DNA of 64,000 bases. Source: Phoronis australis (Eukaryota; Animalia; Phoronida). Both the position numbers and the translations under genes were made by a program. Shown in pieces: positions 33,540 to 47,263 of this stretch (positions within the stretch are counted from its first letter, which is position 1; each line of letters opens with the position of its first letter). The notes beneath the pieces are model-generated. The model was not told where the DNA came from and made no database searches. It saw nothing but the letters and a program-made list of their open reading frames with translations. The DNA lies in assembly GCA_002633005.1 (NCBI GenBank), contig NMRA01000439.1:310001-374000 (forward strand), written 5' to 3'.

Positions 33540-36500
33540 AGATGTTATTTTTGATTTAACAGACAGCTTCGTTTTGATTTTATCTTACTTTGAAGTTGAC
33601 AGTTTTTGACCCGGCGAAAAAGTTCACATTTTGCCTCTTTTATTCTAGGAAAATCACATGCTCGTCAACGAAATCGTACACGTATTTCGAAATACAGCGG
33701 ACGCCATCTTTTAAACTACACCAACCCAAGTTTGCAGCAAGACTGGGCCGTAGTCAGAGTCAAAGGTCATGGTTCGACTAAAGTGACTCGCTGGTTTCCT
33801 GCGTGCCGCTAGGTGGTAGCCAGCACGCAGGTATCACTTATATTTCCTCGGAATTTTTTTTACACCAGCGTTTATGATTGGCTGACCGAAATCTCAGGCA
33901 GCGCTTTACGCAAACAAACTGGCATGACTGATGGAGGAAGTGTAAATGTGGTCTGTTGTACAGACAAATCGGTACTTAAAATTCGTGTTCAAGAAATGTG
34001 AATCCCAGAAAATTGTGGTTGCGCCTTTTCGGAATGCATCCTTTCTACTGTCGCTGACTTTTGTTTACGTTGCTGTCCTGTACTCATACTTTGTGAATAA
34101 CACACTAGTTAAATCAGCCAGATGACGGCGTGTTTATTGTACATGCATGTGCTTCAAGCACGCGGCTAAGGTGGCACTGAACAGTTAGACTGCGGCCGGG
34201 ACCAAGTTGCACTCCCAAATTATTAAAATGTAGGGGTAGGCCAGGCTTGGGGGCATTTTTAGTTAGGTATTATATGGAGGCCAAGTGAATGTGGTTCGTT
34301 TGTATTTGTGAACATGCTGAGAATGAAAAAAGACCACTTTCTCGGCTGTAGCTACACTTCAAGATGGTGGCGTCCCCTGTTGCAATTGTGCATTGCTGTG
34401 TAGCAACTGAGAAATTGGCCGCGATTTCGGGTATCCCTCAAACAAGCCAGATTTGCAAATAAGTAGTTGGTTGACAGTACTTTTGGATCACATTTTTGAA
34501 TCGGTGGGAAATTTGCTTTCGGAATCTAATGTTGGGTTTAGTCGAGCATCGGCAGGGAAGTGGTGGTTTTGGGGTGAAAAGTGGCGATTTTGCATTTTTG
34601 CCATTATTTTCTTAGTCTAGCTTGGGAGTGAAAGGGTAAAAAATACAAAAGAGAATAAAGTTTCTGTGCTCATCTGTAGGGCTTGTGATGTGAAATGACT
34701 CGAAACTTTTCTTTATTTGCATGCAGTTTTTGACAGAGTGAAGAGCGTGTGAAGAGTCCATTGACGTGTGTTCTGATAGGCAAACCACTGTGAAAACTGT
34801 TCAGTGCCTCCTAAACATTAGGCCTACTGCTTAAACAAAATAGTTGCTGCTACGTCACTTGCATGACAAGGCTAAAAATCGTTCATAGTCCGCCATTTTC
34901 TTACTTTGTTGTAAGGCTAACCAATGACTGCCGAGGTTACATCAACCAATGACAAAGCGCGTGCTACTGCCTGCTACCTGCATGCTGGCTGCAAAGCGAG
35001 CTAAAGTGACTCACTGCAGATGTTCGCTTGGATACTGCCTGTAGTTTGACCCAAAGATAGAAACTCCCTAAAGGACTCGAGAGGTGGCGTTGGAGATTGA
35101 GACCTGAGACTGGCACCAAATTACACCATTGCCTAACTTTTTTGCAAAATTTTCCTTGTTTTGGTACCATGTACGTACACAAAGAGCTACTCACCTTTGT
35201 ATTGCTGAGAGTTCAATCTCTCTTAAGGGATCAAAAGCGGAGAAATGTTGGTAAGAAGTGGATGCTGAGCTTTGGTCATTGTGTGCGATCAGGTCAGTGG
35301 AGTCGCTGTTAGAATCCTCGTCTACTGCTGTGAAAAACACCAAACCAGTGACTCATATTGTGACAAAACCTGTGAAAATTGACTTACACATGTTTATGGA
35401 ATAGAAATGGTGACAGCGAAGCGTCGTAGGAAGGATTTGGAAGAATGAGCCCTCCTGTGTCGCCATAAAAATTTCACCCCTTAGTCGCCTTCAATTTCTC
35501 CCTCGGTCGACAGTAGTTCGGCCCTCTGCTGAAGTCATAAACTGTCAGTGACTTCGCTTCCAGTACTTTTCTGGTCGTTTTGTTGGGAGGTGGGGGGGGG
35601 GGAGGGGTGCGCAACCCTATTACATACTGCGTCTAAGTAATGTAATTCAAAAACGCAACTCTGTTCCAGACAGATGCATACACGAGGCGATTTTTACCGC
35701 GTATTCTCCATCAGAGGGCAGAAGAATCAGTTGTCGTACAAAACGCTCTTCTTTAATATGTGCTACTCTTGGTTACGCAGATTAACGAAGAACAGGTGAA
35801 ATCTGTGCGTAATTGTTCAAGCACTCTGGGACTGCATTTGTGATTATCAAGGCTGCGTTTCTTAAACCAATCAGTTACTGCACACGCGGAGAGAAACCTT
35901 CGCTTAAGGAACAAAACCAGTAGACTCTCTTCTCCAATCGATTAATTATATACCATAATTCAACTTTACAACGTCACCAATCTATCATGTGACCGCCATT
36001 TTGCCAGGTTACGACAGGTCTCGAGCATACTCGCGAAACATTCGTCTTTCACTCTCCTAATCTGGTCGTTTTTCTCGCAAAAATGGTCTATGGAACGCTC
36101 CCTTGTTAGTACTTCTGGGAAACGACCTAATAAATGTAATTATTAATTTACTTGTCGAGCTTGAGCAGCCAAACTTACCGCAAATTCGGCCAATTTCCGG
36201 AGTCATTGGAAATGCCGTTGCCAAGGTGTAACACCGAACGAGGTATTTCGAAAGTAAATGAGCCAGGGAAGTGAACGTCACAAATAGCCGGAAGATGTCG
36301 TCATTGGTCTCACGACTGAAAGATAATGTTTACGACATATTCAGGGAGATGACATTGCGACAAAGAACAACTTTACCCATACAGTATACGCTGTTTAAAA
36401 CATGTACCAAGCTAAAACAGCACTTTACCACTTATCGCTCTGCGTGCATATTAAGCTATTTCTTTTACTTGTTTTTAAAATGTGAACGGGTGGCGGCAGA

Positions 36501-39500
36501 CTCTACTTTGGTATGAAATGAAAAGACCAAGTGTCATTCATTTAACAAAAGTAAACCTTCTTGTCCACTATCATGTTTGAAAGTGAGCGAGACCGTTCAT
36601 ATTTTCAGTGGAGCATCGTGCAATCTGTCTTGGGAATTATACTGGCAGAAACGTATATGTTACCTTATTTTGACTTAAAAATTGGAATATAAGCTTATAT
36701 TTGACGAGACGAGATCACCCAGGACATTGCCCTTTTGAACGATTGAAGCTTCTGGTCTCTCTCAACATAGAACTCTAGCCCTGGAATTCCAACTGCTGCA
36801 CGTGACCAATGTACGATTATTAGAACTTACGACACCGAGACTATCCGCGAGAGTTTGCACTGAGAATTTCCGACTGTCTGCTCGACTCAGTTTTGATCGA
36901 GTGTTGGAGTTATTAAATCAAGCTTAATTTCAATACTTCATTTTCATTTTGACATTTTTGTTCATCAAGCGAGACACTTGAGCTACGATTTTAGACAACA
37001 AGCGATTTCCCGGCAAAATTAGTCAACAAACCTGACAAGTACATTGGTCATTTTCCAATCTTAGAACCAATTTCGACAACCTATTAAACTACACGATAGC
37101 AGTTTTTCGACAAGACAATTTTGGAAGTTAAAATCACGTTACAGTAATATACGGAAAGAAGTGACATTTGGTTTATGAGAGTTTGTTTTGCAATTATAAA
37201 TGAAAAGTTTAGCTCCTAGTAGCGTGTGTATTTACGTGACTTTCGAAAAACTGCTCGTATTTGCGTGGGTGAGTGTGTGTGTTTGTGTTTACATCAATTA
37301 TTACCGTTTTCAATTGTTTCTATAATAATTCATTAGCACAATGTTAAACTGCTGCTGAGATTCTTTTTTGGTTAATTTGATTTCTGAGCAGTGAATACTT
37401 TCGCCATCCCGTCACACCATCAAATTGCACCGCTTTTGACTTACGGCGACGCTGACATATTATCATACACTACAATAATTTCCCGCGCTACATAGCACTA
37501 TTTTCCCGTTCGACTAAAAGAAAAATGGAAAGTTTCATGATTTTTTGAAGCACCCGCAATTGCCCATTCGACATAAAGAATCAAAAAAACGCCGTCAGGC
37601 GCTTTTTGGTGTAACATCTCCCGTTCGACAAAACGATGTCGGGACGTATTTTGTTTTGAGGCGAACATTTCATCCTTGCATTTTGGCATAGACCCAGACA
37701 CCCCGCTTTTTTATCCCAAAATCCCGCTTTTCAATCCAGTTGTCCCGTTTTCCATTCTCGACAACTATGAAATAAGTGTTCATTTTTCTCTTTGTCATGA
37801 ATACTATTATTTTCCAGAGTCCATTTTCTTTAATAACATAACAATCGTAAAATGTGTCTACGGTGACACACACTGCATGTATCATGATCACTAATTTTTA
37901 CTTTCTGAAGAAATGAGTTTATTTACAAACTACTATGGAAATTTCTAATCTGCAGCTTAAGTAATTAATTATCCACAGTACACTTCAAACCTACCAAATA
38001 CATAGCCTCTTAAAACCATTATGAATTACCCCTTCAAATAAGGTTTCATCTGTGTCTTCATCTTCGTAAGCATTTCCATCATGACCATTCGCTGCTTCTT
38101 CAAGGCATTTCTCAAAGGTTTCGTGTCCTTCTTCGGGTTACTGAGATATAATAACCGATGTTGAAACATGGCGATTTCCGAGTTTAGTGTTTTCACTACC
38201 TACAATGCGAACCACTTGAACATCATCTCATCCTTAACAAATGCGCACAAGAAACAATAATTCTATTGTTTGTTTATCCAATTCTTTGAGTCGTTTCCGG
38301 TTGAACCTTGTTTTTGATTGCAGAGTACTGAGTGAGTCACTATTCGGTTAAGCCCTATTTCCTTAGACAGATGTCTTGTGACTTTTGCGGCGAATTGCAG
38401 GACGCCAGATGAAAGTTAGGGAGCATTTCTCATCCCTTTCTTGAATACTTCCCGGTATATTTGATAGGTGGTGTATGAGGGTTTCACCACCAGTTTCCCT
38501 ACGAAAAGCTCTTTCAATTTAATTACCTAACGAGTTCAAGGTTCACTTATGGGATTGGAACATCTGCAGCACCTCGGGTATTTTCATAGCAGCAAATTAC
38601 CCCTTGGGATGTTTCATATCTGCGCATGTGCGAGTTTCAATCATCCAATGATGGCCGAGTTCACGCCACGAACTATGGTTAAGGATTAGACAACAGTTCG
38701 AGTGGCTGATTTTGGCGTTATCACTGGCCTGGGTTAATGAAAGCCCTTGTTTGCACACTGTCTCAAGACACCTGAAAAACGGCATAACTGGCAGAATGTG
38801 CACTCTGTGGATGAAGAAATTCAATAGAATCATGTCTTTTTAGCTTGCTACGTTCAACGTAAAAAAATTAGATGCCAAAAAATGACAAAAAGTGAAATTT
38901 TGGACATTGTTTTACCCAAAATGACACATTCACGACTGCCTCGGTGCAAAAAAGAAGACCATAATATGACTGCTCTTTCACTCTAAATCACAGAAATTTA
39001 GATTAAAAATCTCATTACCAACCACATTTTTGAAAATTCGCACTTTTCTGAACGGTACCTGGACTCGCGTATCCGAGTAGACTCAATTTACTTCCCACTT
39101 AGTCCACAAAACTGCCGTCAAACCCGACGCACCACATTTTCTTTATTTTTTGGAACAGCTTCAAAAGCCCGAACAGTGGTCTTAGTATCTAACCTTTGGT
39201 TAGCCGGAAAGGAGAAAAGTACACGCGTATTGGAGAAAACAAGTGGCCTATGGCTCGATCCAGACCACGATTTCGTAAAAATAAAAAATAAAAAATAGTT
39301 GACTTACATTGTAAAACAGTGAACACTATTCAATAAACAATTAAAACACTTATTGTTTCATTAAAAGCATAATGTGAACATTTAGCTGGAATTTGTTGAT
39401 TACAACTACCCGGAGGCCGCCATTTTGGAACCACACCAACTTTAGTTGTCAGCAGCAGGATCGTATCATAGTCAGGTAGTTTAAAGGTCAATGACTCGAA

Positions 39501-40683
39501 GATCCTGATTGACTAGGGTTGTTCACCTCGAACTAATACGGCAAGGTATCGAACTAAGGTTTTCATATGAAATCCGATTTAACTCTCAAAAGGGAGAATG
39601 CCGTCGAATGAGCAGGGATACATAATTAATAAACTTTTGCAAGGGTATACATCAGGGGCAAACTACATGAACTAATAGAAAATGACACCACGTTCGACTT
39701 TTGAGGCTTACTAGGTCGAAGCTATGATAAGTAATCGTCTATTTGAACAAATCTCTTCGTTGTTAATGAAGTTAGCACATGTGCGGATACGAAACAACTC
39801 CGACGGATAATGTCAGGCTACAAAAATAGCCGCGATACTCCGGGATGGGTTTGGTTTCAGATTCTTTGGGTTGAAAGAGATTACAGTTCAACTATTATTT
39901 CAAAAGAATTTAGTAGGGATTAAATTGATATTTTCTACGAGAAATAGGATTCTCTGATATCTGTTTCCACTCTGTGATTTGCAGTCTAACGCTCTGCTCG
40001 CGGAGATAAATCCAACTTTAAATGGCTGCGTATTTCAAGGGTATTTAACTGGTCACCAGCCTCGATTTCCGAACATGTCAGGAAACAACGAGGAGAATTG
40101 GCGAATCGTAACAAAATCCTACAAACACGAGGGAATTTGTTGTTTTATTGGTCCAGTCAAACGTAACAACTTCATTCAAGAAGTCTGACGAACCCAACAA
40201 TATTCCCAAAATTGCATTTTCGGCTTTAAAACCGATGATTTTCCTTTGCCACCAGCTGAGTTAGGCTCCTCCCCGACAACCTTACTTAAAAGGGATGAAA
40301 ACGCCGTGACGTGCCGTTTTTACTTTTTAGGGGAAACAAGAGAGAAGACTGTCAACCCTCTAACGGAGAGTGTCTACATCGGGCGATATTCAAAAGTTGC
40401 ATTTGAAGCTTAGAATTTAGGTCGCTAAACCTGCATTTCACCCTTCTCAGATGGCTAAAGCCGAAAATTGTATTAGGCCTTTTACTCTCATAAAATCATT
40501 CTCATAATATTCCTTACCTGTATTAAAACTTTTTTGCATTTGAACGGAACCGTTTCACTAGCGCCACCCAGTGAGTGTCGAATTTCTCATTTTTCATTTT
40601 CAAAGTCTGTATTATATCTCATCTTTTCCACTCGTACACAGCAGTAACAATAAAATTCCTAATCACAATTAAGGAGAGCTGTT

Positions 40684-40846
40684 CAAAGGCGGATCCAGGA
40701 TTTTGAGTTAGGGGGGCCAGGGCAGAGTATTAGCCAGGATTTTGTCCGTCAGATATTCGCACCCCCAAATAGCCAAATGGGATCTGGAATAATTTCACGG
40801 GGGGGGGTGGCATGGCCCCCTTGGCCCCCCTCTAAATCCGCCATTG
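40684..40846. mobile_element. GC-rich MITE, TIR CAAAGGCGGAT/ATCCGCCATTG, 5-bp TSD CTGTT
   Basis: TIRs plus CTGTT at 40679-40683 and 40847-40851. Confidence 0.78.
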
Positions 40847-40972
40847 CTGTTCCCAAGTCAGAAATCGCACGACGGTGCCGACATAGGCGTAAGCCTTTTT
40901 GCAATGCACATACACTAAACGACCAGTGATGTAAAATTCGTAGAAGTTACTTACCATTAAGTTGGCGCTAAT

Positions 40973-43900
40973 GGATGTAGCGGTCCCACTTTAGATCTCC
41001 ATAACTTCATTAATTTTCAACCTAAATCCCGATTGTAGCTTCCACGTGCTCACAAGACGTATAAAAATCATTCTGTGGTGTTGCTATACATTTACTCAAT
41101 TTTTAATTAATTGACTTTGAAGTAAGAGTTTTTGCCGACTTTATCATCAGCCGGTAACCCGTTCAGTGACGTCACCGGGATGCCTGACTCCTACCGGCGA
41201 TTGTGTTTATCTATTTACAAGGCAAGGAAACGGATCATCGTTTGCAGTGTTAGCGAAATTTTTCTCAGAGGCAAGTAAAGCTGTCTCGTTTTTTCACTTT
41301 TGATATTTATTCCTTTAAAAAATAGTATGTAAGGACCATTTCAGCTTTAAAGTAGTTTATACTGATGTTAATGTCTATAACACAGTGTATTATCGAAATT
41401 GCATTTGAGTAGTTTGGACACCAGATTTACAGATTTTTCAATAAAGTTTGAAGGTGTGTCCGTGAAGGCCTAACATCGAAATTTCGAATTTTCAGCACGT
41501 TAACGTATTAAATTGGTGTTTAGTTAATACATTTCCCAATAACTTGCCTTTAAAAAAGTTTAATACATGAAGTGATTTGACCACCAATTTTAAGAATTCT
41601 CTATGTTGTTTGTGGTAAGAATACTCCAGTTTGGGACTGTGGTGAGGTAGACTGCTATTGAAGTAGCGAAAAGTTCAGATTAATCAATGGAACTGTTCGT
41701 TATTGACATTATATAATCATGTAAATACATTCTGTACCGTGATAATATACACGACAAAGACGAGTTCCTTGTTTCAAAAGTTATGCTCGTTTCTTAAACC
41801 AAAAACGTATTTGCAAAAAAGTGTTCATGAATCTGCACTGGGCAGCGTATGACCTCAAAAGACATGTTCTAACCGATCCACAAAAGTTTGTAAAAACGGG
41901 TTTGTGAAAGCGTCTTTAAACACAAACTAAAATCACCAACTGGCTGTAAAAAAATCGAACGACGCCAACGACTCAACCTGTCGCGAAATCATTGTGCCCA
42001 AGAAAATTACGCACTACACAACTTGCATTATAAATCCAACGGCCTCTTTAACTTTTCGATAAGACATTACCGTTCTTCTGAATTACGTGGCAAAAAGACG
42101 TTCCCTTCTCTTAGAAGCTCAATTCGTCACAGGTCGGAATACACAGCCTCTCACGCTGTGCAATTTTAAGGACGGCACGTATTTAGCCGGCGATATAGTC
42201 AGTACCAATACACATTTTTTTGCGTACAGTATACAGGTTTGCTATCAAATGACGGCAAGTGTTCCTGAAACAGCGGGAGCGCCCTATTCTAACATTGTTG
42301 GGTTCCGTACTGTATTTCATCCGGATTTCGTCTTGGTATTGAGAAACATTGATTTCCATGCAACTCGGCAATGAAGTCTCCAAAGATAGTGTTCCAGTCG
42401 GCAATGAGTCACTATAAAGAGTGAATTACTACTAGAAACCATTAACGTCATTTTAAATTTTTGGGAGTTTGCAGAAGCTTAATAGAGCAGTCTTAACAGT
42501 CAAAAGAATGGAACCCAGTTGCTACTCTGTAGATATGGCCAGGGTGATGATTTTTAATGCTGCAATAAGTAAAACGAAACTGATGAAACGAGCCTCGTAA
42601 TACCTCGGTCACATAAAGCTACCGACATGTATTATCAGACGCCATCCAAGCGTTTGCGTCAAAAATCACGTTTATATTGATCTGGTGAAAAATGGGATGA
42701 TTGTGTTAGGTTTCCGGGTAACACCACAGTACGCATAGTTCGACAATATCAATATAGGCACACACTGTTGTGAGTCGGCGGGATCGGTCGAACATTATTC
42801 GATGTATAACCAAGCCAAAACTGAATGGAACAGGGTGCACGTCAGTACCTTGTTTAGGGGTAAGCAATGGAATGTCCGGTGAACAAAGTGACCAATACCT
42901 GACTGTGTTAGGGAGAAGAGGCAAAAGACGGGGGTCGGTGTAAAAATCCGTAGTAATCCTTGCAGCATCAGTGTGAAGACCGGTAAGGTCACACTACGGA
43001 ATGTTTAGGACAATTATGAGAGAGTATACAGTTTTGAATAACGAGATGAATGGGCGTGGATTTTTTATTTCGGCATGGTTTATCGGAATTTGTGTCCAAT
43101 TCTCCGAGACCGGTTCTTCATCAGGACTTGACGAAGTGGGAAAAAGCACATGCTGCGGTAAATGAAGTTTACACGAACTCAAAGCCCACCCATCGCTCTT
43201 TTTCCAGTAAGACAAACCGAAATCGCAAAATTGGGCGGTATGGAGTGACGACGGATCGTCTCGTTGAAGCAGTTACATTGATATCAAGCTAAATATCAAA
43301 TTGACTTCCTTCATTTTACCCCTCAGTTAATTGAAAAATGACATGACATTTTTAACTACCAAAGCGCCAAAACTTTCCAACCACAGATTAAGCCTCTGAC
43401 GGCGAAAAAACGCCGAGGTGCGTGGTGGCGCAGGAGGAGGTGAAAAGATCTGGCGCTGTTCGAGGCACAAGGCTCAGAAGATGTCATTGCAAGACGACTC
43501 CTTTTGGTCCAAGTTTTAGTTGNCCACTCCCGCTACTGATACAGCTTGTCCTGGCGTAGTCATTCGACCAACCGATAGCGCTTGTCGAGAAGATGCTGGG
43601 AACAGACCGGACGGTGGTAATGACTTGGTACGGCTACCTCCGAGATGCATGCTCCATCCACCTAATGAATAACCCGGCCACACGGAATGGCGGCCGTGGA
43701 GCCATCCTGCAAATCGACGAGTCGTTGATGGCCACACGAAAGAACAACATGGGTAACGATGGGTTTTTGGANGCCCTGGAGCCATCGTGAAAATCGACGA
43801 GTCATTGATGACCACAAGAAAGAACATTATGGGTAACGATGGGTGTCAGATTTCTGCGGTTTGTGCCGAACAGGAACGCCAACACATTACTCTCCATCAT

Positions 43901-44998
43901 ACACCAGTTCATATTGCCCGGCTCCGTCATCCACAGCTATATGTAAGCTGCCTACAACGTTGTGCCGCCGTGCATACATCGCCAACCTCCCCGTTGTGCC
44001 GCTGTACACTCACCAGACCGTCAACCATACTACGAACTTCGTCGATCCACAAACGGGTGAACACACTAACCAGGTCGAGATGAGGTTCAAGAGCATGTGT
44101 GGTGTCCTCTCGGACATGTTGGACGCACATCTTGACGAGTTCATGGGAACTATACGATAGTCGACCATATACCACTGTGGTACCCCACTCCTTGACTACC
44201 GACAACCAAACGGCCCTTTTGAGGGCCACTCACTCAACTCTTGCTACTCGAGTGACAAAAACCCAACAGCCCTTTTATGGGCCACTCAATCTTTCCCAAT
44301 TGGGCTGTTTCTCTGAACAACAGTAAAACGTGCGCCTGAACATGATTTCTAATACACAAAAATAAATTTTCATTTTAATTTCTCTTTTACATTTCTATTA
44401 CTACACTGTAATTGGTACAAGGGCAACACAAAAATTAATAATTAATTTTCCCACAGATGATTCTAATTCTATGACAAGCAGATAATCCTCTTAAACTAAG
44501 TCAGAATCACAAACAAAATGCATTTGATTTCAGGCATCACACATCAAAGGTCTGACCGCACCAACACTATTTGTTAACTTTACATGCAAGAGTAAAACGT
44601 GACAAACAACACCGGCCTCCCTTGGTTCACAAATACTTTGAATCATACATTTATGAATAAGTATCGTTGCACGAAGCGACAAGATTTATCCGGATTTTCC
44701 AACCGTGCAACACTCTTGACATTGTGACGCAGCGTTTCCTCATCCTGCAAATGGATACACACAATCGTCGGTAGGTGCCAGGCATCCCGATGACGTCACT
44801 GAACGGGTAACTGATAGGTGATAAAGTCGGCAAAAAATTCTAACTTCAAATCAATTAATTAAAAATTGAGAAAAAGTATGGTACATTAACACCACAGAAC
44901 AATATTTGTACGTCTTTTGAACACGTGGATGCTTAAATCATGATTCTAAGTTAAAAATTAAAGAAGTTATGACGGTTTAAAATGGGACCGCTACTTCT
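40973..44998 (+). mobile_element. Merlin (IS1595/ISXO2-like DDE) DNA transposon, decayed, with ~260-bp TIRs
   Basis: 40973-41232 is the imperfect reverse complement of 44733-44998 (e.g. GTAGCGGTCCCA, TGCCGACTTTATCA, ACCCGTTCAGTGACGTCA, GGGATGCCTG). It encloses a transposase remnant. No TSD recognised. Confidence 0.85.
43400..44160 (+). pseudogene. Merlin/IS1595-family transposase remnant
   Basis: IWRCSRH, DSFWSKF, WYGYLRDACS, GGRGAILQIDES, HQTVNHTTNFVDPQTGEHTNQVE and LDAHLDEFM in shifting frames. Confidence 0.88.
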
Positions 44999-45697
44999 GA
45001 CTGGTACGCTTATGTATACACGTGGTGTACATATTGACTTTTATTCCTCAGATCAAGTATCGTGTCGTAACACACTTTGTAGTCTCAATAAATATGCGAA
45101 TGATTACTTCCGTCACAAGACGAGAGTGTATTGATATTTAATAACAAATCAATTACGCACAGTCTTCGCTGCTAAACGCATAGCGCAGTGGTTAGAACAT
45201 CATTTTTTTATGTTCACATTTTAAAAAACAAAGCGAAAAACGATTCCGTTCAAAACAATGACTACAAGATGGATAAGGGCCAGTTCCGTAACACAATGTA
45301 CTCGTGATTGACAACCCAATCAATTAGCCTTCCGGAATTCATTCATGGAGAAGAGGGGAAGATAATTGCATAGCAACCCCTCTTTACTCATTACCGTCTT
45401 AATGATCACCTTTATATCAAATATCAATATCAAATTACAGGTGACTGAAACCACTGAATTCGAACGTTTCAAAGTTCTATTGAGTGCTTTTAGCAATGTT
45501 GCCTCTTTTCAAATTGTCAAGTTTAATAAAAATCCGCTAACATAAAGACCATGGACGTTGTTTCTACACCCGCTTCTTCTGTGCCTGGTGGTTGTATTGC
45601 TATATATCTTAAAGCTGTATTTCGCCACTGATAAACTGCTAACGTCAAAATCTTAATGGGTAGGCTTTGGGACTTAGAACCATTACCACGGTCATCT

Positions 45698-45805
45698 GTT
45701 ACCGAGTGAGCCGGCAATTCAAGTTATAGGCAACGCGCACATGCGCCATTTTCGAATCCGCATGTTTAGGCTTGGTCAACGGCAATAAACTCCACGGCAT
45801 TTTCT
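45698..45805 (+). repeat. Dispersed repeat shared with 6792-6893, 7659-7760 and (partly) 57601-57642
   Basis: GTTACCGA.TGAGCCGGCA.TTCAAG..TGCGCCATTTTCGA..TTTAGG.TTGG.CAAC. Confidence 0.65.
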
Positions 45806-46007
45806 GGAATCGCTGAACCATAGGATTTGTTGTTCTTTCACGGTAAAGTGCATTATAATGTCGACTTTATGAGAGCAAAATGCCTAATTCAACTTCCGCC
45901 TTTCAGTAAGCTAAGCATGGGTTTAACTTTCTTTTGTCACAACTAAATGACATTTATCAACCAACAATCCCTTCTCGTCTGACTGACAATAACAAGAGAA
46001 ATGATGA

Positions 46008-46159
46008 CAGTGGCTGATTTAGAGAGGGGGCCAAGGGGGCAATTCCTCCCTAAAACTCTCCAAGATTCCATTTGCCAGTTCGGGCGGGGTGCGAATGTCT
46101 GACGGGCTAAATTCTGGCTAATAATTTACTCTGGCCCCCTAACCAAAAATCTGCCCCTG
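46008..46159. mobile_element. Inverted, diverged copy of the 40684-40846 MITE
   Basis: Reverse-complement similarity (GGGGGCCAAGGGGGC, GGGGTGCGAAT.TCTGACGG, CTGGCTAATA); CAG..CTG ends; TSD not exact. Confidence 0.68.
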
Positions 46160-47169
46160 GAAGCTTTGTAAAGTAAAATCTCAAAAAACGCCACTTCACC
46201 AGAGACCACATTACACAGAGTTATCAATACAAGTATACAAGGGTATGTGAACAAGTTTAAAATCACAATCCCCCAGTAAATGATCTGGCAGTTCCTCAAA
46301 CCACCTCTGCTGAGTTGGAGAAGCCTTGAGCAACGTTTGCTTGGTTTAAGATCAACGCCGATGAATTTCAACGCCAACTTGGTTGATTTTCTTTAGAAAA
46401 TGTTAATTTTTTACTCCTAAAGATAAAGTAGTAATATGAAATTCAAATCATTCTAGGGATAGTCCTTGAGTACCAAACGTACCCTGAATGGGGAACAACA
46501 TCTTTTTGGAGGCGTTTTTTGGGCAATTTGACATACTGTTATGAAAAATATTTCGAACTTTTTTGTTAATTTTCATTAATGAAAATAATAACAATCACAT
46601 TTTTGGGACTCAAGGGCGCGGGTTTGAGAATTCGTATTGTGGGTGTGATGTTTGCTGGCCTTGGACAGGGTTTGAAGGACCAAGAAACACGGCTACGCAA
46701 TCCACGCCTAACTGGGGGTACGCATACGAATATTTCGTGTATTTACTTCGTTTGCACGAGTGAGTTATAATTACACAGCTGAAATGGATTAGGCATTCAA
46801 GTAAAGTAATGCAAATGAACCATGTATGCCAACACTGGGAGTATATAATAAGAACTCTCACAGATGAAAAGTTTAATAGTGTTTTCAACGAAGTTTGTGT
46901 TAACGAAGGGCTGTTCCGGAAGTATACGTATACTTTCTAATCTGTCTTGCGTATTTGCACATAGTGCGATCTGAAGCTGATTTGTACTAAAGAGATAATT
47001 AAGGTTGGTAAATGTCGTTGATCAATAACGGTTGTTCAACTAGAAATAATATGACAAGGTATGAACAAGCATATAAGCAAAGGCCGCCGACTACATAAAG
47101 AAAAGCATGACGAGCACTAGGATGGGGAAGGCAAAAATATGGAAAATATGAAAAGGAAGTGCGCAATAC

Positions 47170-47263
47170 CATGGGCGGCGCACCATAGGGGGCTGGGGGG
47201 GGNCTGTAGGTGGTGCCCCACAGGGGGGGGGGGCTGAGGGGCTTCAGTGTTGCGCCGCCCGTG
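47170..47263. mobile_element. Shorter copy of the CATGGGCGGCGCA MITE, 5-bp TSD AATAC
   Basis: Same 5' end as 60058; 3' TGCGCCGCCCGTG; AATAC at 47165-47169 and 47264-47268; contains an N. Confidence 0.82.

Noticed and set aside
38030-38140. Acidic minus-strand reading frame (EEGHETFEKCLEEAANG..EDEDTDE) as an exon
   Set aside because: It is short, has an in-frame stop just upstream, and has no partner exons or recognisable family.
43400-44160. Bacterial IS1595 contamination or recent horizontal transfer
   Set aside because: It is decayed, has long TIRs and sits among eukaryotic repeats, which fits the known Merlin superfamily.
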